Of a stretch of 64,000 nucleotides of DNA, positions 57,973 to 64,000 are shown in pieces. Origin of the DNA: Parcubacteria group bacterium (GTDB lineage: Bacteria > Patescibacteriota > Minisyncoccia > Phycocordibacterales > Phycocordibacteraceae); the NCBI GenBank assembly GCA_028286615.1, contig JAQBRG010000003.1, forward strand, positions 147,406-211,405, given 5' to 3'. Made by a program: the position numbers and the translations under genes. The notes beneath the pieces were generated by a model. That model saw only the letters and a list, made by a program, of their open reading frames with translations. It did no database searches and was not told the DNA's origin. How positions within the stretch are numbered: the first letter of the stretch is position 1; each line of letters starts with the position of its first letter.

Positions 57973-58061
57973 AGCTCCCGAACTAAACTGACCGCCCCAC
58001 AGGCGGTCGCTTTTTATATAACAAACGGCACAAACCCGCCGTGAGGCGGGTTTGTGCATGT

Positions 58062-58398
58062 TGTTGGATCTGGCCGATAAGCCGAGTTCTGTCGTAAGCC
58101 GAAGCCTACGGACGACCATCTATCTGGGACTGATGTTGCCAACAGCCTCGAGCGGCGCTCCTCATTGCTGAGGCACGGCCTTGCACAGAGGTAAGGATTT
58201 TGCCGTTTCAGCCTGAGATCGCTCTCAGGACACTCTACGAGAGAGTTCCTAGCTTTTCAGCATCGGACGTTTCTGTTCGCACCTCGCGCCTTGCGGCGGA
58301 CGGGGGTTACCCGCTACCCTTCTGCAGCATTGCTGCTGCCTGAGCTCGGACTTTCCTCCCCCTAGCGAGCTAGGGAGCGATCGTCTGGCCAGGTCCTT
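58062..58398 (-). ncRNA. rnpB: RNase P RNA (bacterial type A)
   Basis: Minus strand contains GGAGGAAAGTCCGAGCTC (P4 5' strand region) and ACAGAACTCGGCTTATCGGCCAG (P4 3' strand / P1). P1 pairing GGACCTGGCC/GGCCAGATCC. Terminator hairpin CACAAACCCGCC-gtga-GGCGGGTTTGTG downstream. Overlapping track ORFs are spurious. Confidence 0.75.
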
Positions 58399-58469
58399 AT
58401 TTCTTATACCATACTTGCTAGGAGTGTGTAAATGTTGTATAGATGATGTAGACATTGAAAGGGCTGCAA

Positions 58470-59120
58470 ATGCGCATGAATCTGGAAGAACGGTGGTCTC
58501 AGCTCTGGAAAGAGCTTAAAGGTAGGGGCGACGGCAAAGCGCTCTACGCCATGCTTGTTCACTGCTATGGCGAGAGAGGTCGCGAGTATCACAACCTCAG
58601 CCATCTCGAGCACTGCTTCGAGGAATTGGACGAAGTTCGTTCTCTGGCCCTCAATCCAAGCATGCTTGAGTTCAAGCTATGGCTGCACGATGTCTTCTAC
58701 ACCATCGGCCCAAAAATTCCGGGCCTGGAAGGAGATGAGGAGGCCAGTGCCGAAGCTGCTTATAACATCCTTATCGATGGCGGCATGGGTTATCACGCAG
58801 CGAGTGACGCGTATACGGGCATTCTGTGCACATTGCATAACGAGGAACATTCTCCCTCTACCACAGATGACCGTCTTCTAGTCGACATTGACCTAGCAAT
58901 CCTGGGACAGCGGCAGGAGCGATTCGACGAGTACGAGCGACAAATCCGCCAAGAATATGACTGGGTGCCAGAGGGCATCTTCCAAAAACGTCGGGCGGAG
59001 ATACTCACCGGCATGTACCAGCGACCCCACCTCTACTACACAGAACATTTTCAGAAAAAGTACGAAGATCAGACTCGCAAAAACCTGGCTCGTTCAATTA
59101 AAAGACTTCAGTCCTCTTAA
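58470..59120 (+). CDS. HD-superfamily-like metal-dependent phosphohydrolase (COG4339-like), tentative
   Basis: YHNLSHLEHCFEEL...WLHDVFY resembles the H..H....D pattern of HD-type hydrolases. Start at ATG 58470. Confidence 0.45.
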   Translation: MRMNLEERWSQLWKELKGRGDGKALYAMLVHCYGERGREYHNLSHLEHCFEELDEVRSLALNPSMLEFKLWLHDVFYTIGPKIPGLEGDEEASAEAAYNILIDGGMGYHAASDAYTGILCTLHNEEHSPSTTDDRLLVDIDLAILGQRQERFDEYERQIRQEYDWVPEGIFQKRRAEILTGMYQRPHLYYTEHFQKKYEDQTRKNLARSIKRLQSS

Positions 59121-59138
59121 AACGGAAACTGAAGTTGG

Positions 59139-59209
59139 CCTCGCGTCTCCCATGACGCGAGGTTTTCTTTTATAAACAACAAGAGCCGCGTGAAGCGGCT
59201 CTTGTTGTT
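59139..59209. terminator. two back-to-back terminators (plus-strand gene and nrdJ)
   Basis: CCTCGCGTC-loop-GACGCGAGG-TTTTCTTTT and AACAACAAGAGCCGC-gtgaa-GCGGCTCTTGTTGTT. Confidence 0.75.
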
Positions 59210-59221
59210 TATAAATCTAAG

Positions 59222-61600
59222 CTAGACAATCTCGCAGGTTCCAGACACACACGCGAGTTCCTTCTTGAGTTCGGTCTCATCTACGCGCTCGTAGAGCATG
59301 AGCTTTGCGTAATCGATCTCTGGGAAGTTCTTCATGCGAGTCTCGTACTCAGCCTTAGTTATTGGCTCGTACGGAGCGAGGCGATAAACGTGGTTGTCGC
59401 GTGGAAGGAATGAGAGTCCTCCAACCTTCTCCCAGTTCTCGTATACCCAGTTAGCAACCTTGATCCACTCATCATCTCCAACTGAGACTGTTACGGATGG
59501 GTTGTGCTCGGTGAAGTTCTCTTTCACAACCTTCCAGTGTTCGAGCTGGTCTAGGGCCGTTATGTCGTTCTTCGAGATAGCACCGTCTGGAGCTTTGACC
59601 GGGAACTCCATAACATAAGTGTTCGCAGTATCCATAGACTGTCCAACTTCTGGGAAGTATGGGACGCCTGCGTCACGCATGAACTTGAAGAGTGAGTCGG
59701 TTGCGCTGATGCGGATGCGACGTACGTAGTACGGAGCGTGGCGAGGGTGCATACCTGAAGCCACGTCGAAGGTCTGAGAAACAGTTCCAGATGGCTTTAC
59801 GCAGGTAATAGCGTTTGAGCTGTTGATACCGAAACGTTCTGAGTACTTCTTGTTGATCTTGATAGTCTCAAGACGCATTGCGTTAAGCGTACCAGCGTCT
59901 CGTGCAACCTTTGAGTCCCACTGTCCTGTTACAGACACTCCAAGAAGGCGCTCCGCTTCACAGTTCTCAGTCCATTCCTTTGAAAGGTAGCTGAAGTTCG
60001 TGAGGGTTGATTGGTAGGTACCGAGGATAGTTGCAAGACGTGCTTTGCGAACGAGGCTTTCCTTAGTATCTGTTGAGCGAGCGATAACTTCCGTAAGGTT
60101 ACAGAACTGCTTGCTCTTGAGGATAATCTCGCCACATGGGTTAGTTCCTGCAGGGCCAGAAATCTTTCCGTTCTTAACGTAGCCTGTCTGTTCCCAAAAG
60201 TTAATACGGCGCTCAGGAAGCTGCTTGATAAGCATGCCGCGATTGAAGATACCGCGCTCTCCTGAACCAGACTTCATAAGAGCAACCCACTCGTCCATGA
60301 ACTCTTCGTTCGTTGGCTTCTCGTTGTATACCGCAGAGTTGTTAGCGATTGAGCGCTGAGGATTAGTGTTCCAGAACTCTCCCTTCTTAGCATCGCGTAC
60401 GAGATCGTCATCAAGATCCGAAAGGGAAATCATGGCGCTGCGGCGAACCCCACCAGCAACAACACACTCGCCTATCTTACAAATGATGTCGTGTGCATCG
60501 ATGTTGCGGAGGCGACGGCCCTGGCGAGACATAATACGCTCACGAGAGAACGCGAGGAGGCTGCGAAGAGGCTCAGGTCCTGATGCCTTTCCACCCATAA
60601 CCTTAAGACGTGCTCCCGCAGGGCGGATTTGAGATAGATCGAATTCAATATCAGAACCTGCGTACCAAGTCTTAAGTCCAAGAGTTAGAGCGTCACACCA
60701 TCCTTCCTTAGAGTCTCCAACAACATGTGTTGGAAGCTTCTCTCCTGTCTGAGGAGTGATCTGTGGGAGCGCCTGAATGTTTGCACTTTCAACCGTGTAT
60801 CCAACGCCAGTACCCTGCATTGAGATGTACATAATTTCAGCAAAGTCTCCGAGCTTTGAAGGTGCGATGTATGAACAGTTGTATCCAGGTACATTGCAGC
60901 GACGCACTGCGTCTCCTGCGAACTGCATAAGGCGCATGGACGGCATAACTTCCTGCTTGAGAATAGCTTCGCGTACCTCCGCGTACTCCTTAGCAGTTAG
61001 TTTGTTCCCAAGATTCTCACGCATGAAATTCACATAACGGTCTACGGTCTCCACCCACGTCTCGCGACGTCCTTCTGAAGGGTTCCATTTCGCATAGCTA
61101 CGAAGGTATACGAATTCTCCGAGTGCGTTGTTCTTAAAATATTTCTTACTCTCCTCTGCAAGTGCCCGAACTTCTGCAGGAATCTCAATACGCTCAGAAC
61201 GCATCTGGTTCCGCTTGTCGCGGTACAGGATGTACGCCTTTGCAGTTGCGGTGAAATCCTGGAGCATGAGCTGCTTCTCAACAGAGTCCTGGATTCCTTC
61301 AACCGTTGGGAGGAAGTTCTTGTACTTCTTAGCAAAGCGCGCGAGCTCTCCTGCTACTTGATGCGCAACGAGCGTAGCTGAATCTTCATCTCCTTCTCCT
61401 GCTGCCTGCATCGCCTTGTGCACGACACCTACGAGTTTCTCAAATGAGAAAGGTACGAGACGTCCGTCGCGCTTTTCTATTTGAGGAATATTCTCGCGAT
61501 ACCGTCTTGTCTCTTTTGACTCAACTACAGGAGTTTGAGCTGCTTGAGTAACAGTCCTGGAGACAGTTTTTCGCACCGGTTTTTTTGCGGTCTTAGGCAT
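59222..61600 (-). CDS. nrdJ: adenosylcobalamin-dependent (class II) ribonucleotide reductase
   Basis: NPCGEIILKSKQFCNLTEV active-site cysteine context typical of monomeric class II RNR. 792 aa. Confidence 0.8.
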   Translation of the reverse strand: MPKTAKKPVRKTVSRTVTQAAQTPVVESKETRRYRENIPQIEKRDGRLVPFSFEKLVGVVHKAMQAAGEGDEDSATLVAHQVAGELARFAKKYKNFLPTVEGIQDSVEKQLMLQDFTATAKAYILYRDKRNQMRSERIEIPAEVRALAEESKKYFKNNALGEFVYLRSYAKWNPSEGRRETWVETVDRYVNFMRENLGNKLTAKEYAEVREAILKQEVMPSMRLMQFAGDAVRRCNVPGYNCSYIAPSKLGDFAEIMYISMQGTGVGYTVESANIQALPQITPQTGEKLPTHVVGDSKEGWCDALTLGLKTWYAGSDIEFDLSQIRPAGARLKVMGGKASGPEPLRSLLAFSRERIMSRQGRRLRNIDAHDIICKIGECVVAGGVRRSAMISLSDLDDDLVRDAKKGEFWNTNPQRSIANNSAVYNEKPTNEEFMDEWVALMKSGSGERGIFNRGMLIKQLPERRINFWEQTGYVKNGKISGPAGTNPCGEIILKSKQFCNLTEVIARSTDTKESLVRKARLATILGTYQSTLTNFSYLSKEWTENCEAERLLGVSVTGQWDSKVARDAGTLNAMRLETIKINKKYSERFGINSSNAITCVKPSGTVSQTFDVASGMHPRHAPYYVRRIRISATDSLFKFMRDAGVPYFPEVGQSMDTANTYVMEFPVKAPDGAISKNDITALDQLEHWKVVKENFTEHNPSVTVSVGDDEWIKVANWVYENWEKVGGLSFLPRDNHVYRLAPYEPITKAEYETRMKNFPEIDYAKLMLYERVDETELKKELACVSGTCEIV

Positions 61601-61721
61601 ACGCGAGATGAAGATTAACTATAATAGGCGCCGAGCATCGAACGAGTATTGGAGTCGACGTAGAGACTATTCTACCGTCGCTTCATGCAGCACCCTAACT
61701 GGGGATACTTCACTAAGAAAT

Positions 61722-62207
61722 TTATTTCGCAGACCGCAAGGGCTCGGAAAGATCCGTACCTTTTTCCCATCCCTGTTCCTTCGCATATCCAGCTTTGGTC
61801 TCAAGTACATATCGAACCGGCATTGGGGGATAAAAAGAATCTGGGTACGTTGAAGTTGCTACGTTGGCATCAATCTTAACTATCTGTTTCGTGTCCGATA
61901 GCCAAACAATGTCTATGGGGACAAGCATATCTTTCATCCAGAACCCGTACTTCTCTGCCTCGGGAAATACAAATAGCATCCCGTACCCTGCTGGCACATT
62001 TGCTCGTCCTCCCAGTCCCCGCTCCATAACAGCTGGCTCGCTAACAATCTCTATATTGGAAAGGGGAGTCGAGGTTGCCTGTTTCTCTTGCGGCTCTGTC
62101 GTATAGGACACAGGCGCTATAGCGTATTTAGCGTATAAAAGACATGCACTAGCTACGAGTGCGAGACCGAGAACACCATAAAGGACATGTCTCGGTGTAA
62201 AAGACAT
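61722..62207 (-). CDS. DUF192-family protein (membrane-anchored)
   Basis: GMLFVFPE..YGFWMKDMLVPIDIVWL...VRYVLE matches the DUF192/COG1430 conserved core. Confidence 0.65.
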   Translation of the reverse strand: MSFTPRHVLYGVLGLALVASACLLYAKYAIAPVSYTTEPQEKQATSTPLSNIEIVSEPAVMERGLGGRANVPAGYGMLFVFPEAEKYGFWMKDMLVPIDIVWLSDTKQIVKIDANVATSTYPDSFYPPMPVRYVLETKAGYAKEQGWEKGTDLSEPLRSAK

Positions 62208-62214
62208 ACCAAAG

Positions 62215-63231
62215 CTAGTTAGTCACCTCAGCAGCTTGGGCAGTTTCGATAATGGGGGCCGGTGCGAACACACGATCGAATACTACATAGAGTCCGCTCA
62301 TGAGAAGTACGAGGAAGCTGAGCGCGAAGACGCGGCGGGTGTGGTGGGTACGGAATTCCCTTCCGATCATTATGAGAAAGGCGAGAAGAAGGAATCCGGC
62401 GACAATCTGGTATACGGTTCGTAGGGTGTTCTTCGGAGACGCGGCTGCGTGTGCAATTGGAGAAGCTTCAGGTTGGACGGTTGGAGCAACTTGAGCAGGC
62501 GCTACCGGCTCTTCTTTTGGTGCTGTTTGTATAGCAAGCTTCTTAGGAGCTCCCGCGACAATCTTTTCAGACTCAGCTGAAGAACCTAGAACCTCCTCTC
62601 GTCTTTCGGCTGTTGCTATTTCTTCAGCTGGAACCGTAGCGCTAGCTGTTTTTATAGGAGCTGCACTTTGAGAACGTGCTGGGGTGCCGAACATCTGTAC
62701 AACGAAGATGGCTTTCTTTCCCTTATACTCGCCTTCAGCGGTTGCAATGCCGATCTCTGTAAAGTGCCCGTTCATGATGTTTGCACGGTGCGTAGGCGAA
62801 TTCATCCAGGCCTTCTCAACATCTTTTGAGTCTGAGAAATCAACTGCAAGATTCTCTCCTGCGTAAGAGAATGAGTATCCAACCTGCTTGAACCAAGACC
62901 ATGAGGTTAGGCCCTCAGGAGACGTGTGGGCAAAGTATCCCTTTGCTGCCATATCGTTAGCTTTTGCTTGTGCTGCTTCAGCAAGTACGGGGTTAACCGT
63001 AAGGGTTCCAAGGTCTTCAGTTGTCCGTTCTTTGTTCGTGAGATCTACAAGCACTGAGGAAATAACAGCTGCCATCTGACCTCCTTGAAGTGCAGGGAGT
63101 GCAAAGATGAATGCGAGTGCGAACACACTCACAATAGCGATTGAAAGCGCTGCTACGCCAATGGTAGAAAACAGGTTACTTACATGCTTCTGAGCATGTG
63201 CTGTAAGAGGAGATGTTCGTTTTTTAGCCAC
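62215..63231 (-). CDS. CAP/SCP/PR-1 (YkwD-like) domain protein with C-terminal TM helices
   Basis: CAP motifs (GYFAHTSPEG, GENLAV, WMNSPTHRANIM). N-terminal anchor, Ala/Pro-rich linker, two C-terminal TM helices. Confidence 0.7.
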   Translation of the reverse strand: MAKKRTSPLTAHAQKHVSNLFSTIGVAALSIAIVSVFALAFIFALPALQGGQMAAVISSVLVDLTNKERTTEDLGTLTVNPVLAEAAQAKANDMAAKGYFAHTSPEGLTSWSWFKQVGYSFSYAGENLAVDFSDSKDVEKAWMNSPTHRANIMNGHFTEIGIATAEGEYKGKKAIFVVQMFGTPARSQSAAPIKTASATVPAEEIATAERREEVLGSSAESEKIVAGAPKKLAIQTAPKEEPVAPAQVAPTVQPEASPIAHAAASPKNTLRTVYQIVAGFLLLAFLIMIGREFRTHHTRRVFALSFLVLLMSGLYVVFDRVFAPAPIIETAQAAEVTN

Positions 63232-63267
63232 GGAAATATTTTACCACACGACTAGGATACGACAAGA

Positions 63268-63299
63268 GCCGCATCCCCAAAAGGGAGCGGCTCTTGTGG
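63268..63299. terminator. hairpin terminator between minus-strand genes
   Basis: ACAAGAGCCGC-loop-GCGGCTCTTGT. Confidence 0.6.
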
Positions 63300-63320
63300 A
63301 TTACTTTAAAACGTAATCTC

Positions 63321-64000
63321 TTATGGAAGCTGAGGCATTGGTAGGTTGAGCTCAGGGCAGTTGATCATGTTGATCTTCCACGCTGTGGTCTTGTACACAT
63401 AGCCGGTTGGCGTGTGGTTAGTAGCTAGACCAAACGGAACCCAAGGATTGAGAACGTCTTCGAAGTACTTAATTTGGAAAGCGTTTACCGCTGCCGTTGT
63501 AAGCGCGTCGAACATACCGTTAACACTGAGGTCCGTACCCATCTCTCCGTTGAGGAAGGACTTAAGGTCGTTCACGTCAGCTGAGTCGTTTGCCTTGTTC
63601 TCACGCATGAAGGTGTCGATGAGGATGCCACATGAGGCACCGAGCACCTCGCCTCCAGTTGAGTTTCCAAGTACTGATCCACTACTGCGGCTTCGGGAGC
63701 TGCGTGAGCTTGAAGTGTCTGCAGGTGTCTGGTTTCCATCACCCGGAGTTTCAGAAACTGCGTCAGGCTCGAAGTCGTAGGTGGTAGTAGTTGAGTTGAT
63801 TCCGCTCTGGATACCAATAACGAACTTGTCTACATCTCCAACATATCCGTCAGGACCAGGCTCGCCTACACGTACTCCCATAAGACCGCCAGGAGAAAGG
63901 ATGCGAGCATTTGGATAATCTAGAAGAATTTCATTCCAGGTACGAGTAGCTGTACCGCTTTCACCAACTACGGCTGCGTCAGGACCTGTCGCGGTTGTTG
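63321..64000 (-). CDS. hypothetical secreted/surface protein, 3' portion (reading frame likely continues beyond window end)
   Basis: ORF-track ORF from Met at 63881. Ser/Thr/Gly-rich with an SRSSRSRSS tract. The upstream frame may remain open to 64000. Confidence 0.4.
   Translation of the reverse strand, partial: TTATGPDAAVVGESGTATRTWNEILLDYPNARILSPGGLMGVRVGEPGPDGYVGDVDKFVIGIQSGINSTTTTYDFEPDAVSETPGDGNQTPADTSSSRSSRSRSSGSVLGNSTGGEVLGASCGILIDTFMRENKANDSADVNDLKSFLNGEMGTDLSVNGMFDALTTAAVNAFQIKYFEDVLNPWVPFGLATNHTPTGYVYKTTAWKINMINCPELNLPMPQLP

Noticed and set aside
58249-58613. Minus-strand ORFs 58249-58455 and 58404-58613
   Set aside because: They overlap RNase P RNA and its promoter region.
1-64000. 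CRISPR arrays, IS elements with inverted terminal repeats, integrase/transposase genes
   Set aside because: I scanned for regularly spaced direct repeats and for transposase/integrase motifs and found none in this window.

Overview
This 64-kb window reads as a chromosomal segment of a small-genome bacterium, mostly core housekeeping genes with several accessory insertions. The housekeeping genes are clpB, a cysteine desulfurase, infB-rbfA, alr, gyrA, rpsA, pth, lepB, rpsU, ybeY, ftsA-ftsZ, trxB, nfi, tsaC, tsaD, valS, hsp20, lepA, murJ and a class II RNR. The gene content and style suggest a CPR/Patescibacteria (Saccharibacteria-like) organism, but this is an inference only: IF-2 is minimal (492 aa), there are many membrane-anchored proteins, and an O-antigen-ligase/TPR fusion is present.

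Several features are not in the ORF track:
- eight tRNAs: Cys, Leu-TAA, Lys, Leu-TAG, Ser, Glu, Val and Phe;
- an RNase P RNA (rnpB) on the minus strand at about 58.06-58.40 kb;
- ribosomal protein L33 (rpmG, 51 aa);
- several micro-ORFs;
- many rho-independent terminators.

The accessory content is as follows:
1. A translationally coupled minus-strand cluster of a SAM-MTase, an SBP-like anchored protein and five tandem paralogous pilin-like 2-TM proteins (14.5-18.5 kb). This is my best candidate for an undescribed surface system.
2. A GC-rich island (22.9-25.85 kb) with strong hairpins, Q/P-rich micro-ORFs, a 355-aa protein with a basic tail and a secreted peptide.
3. Other GC-rich islets: an SPFH/NfeD-like pair next to tRNA-Leu, a pair at 18.5-19.3 kb, and single genes at 30.6 kb and 57.4 kb.
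4. An AT-rich HNH endonuclease gene wedged between tRNA-Cys and tRNA-Leu.
5. An AT-rich gene flanked by a 100-bp direct duplication of the rpmG 3' end plus terminator.
6. An orphan AT-rich MazF/PemK-like toxin with a convergent promoter-to-terminator unit that may be an sRNA.
7. A degenerate HisRS-like paralog.

All coordinates for features I derived myself (RNAs, micro-ORFs, terminators) were counted by hand and may be off by a few nucleotides.
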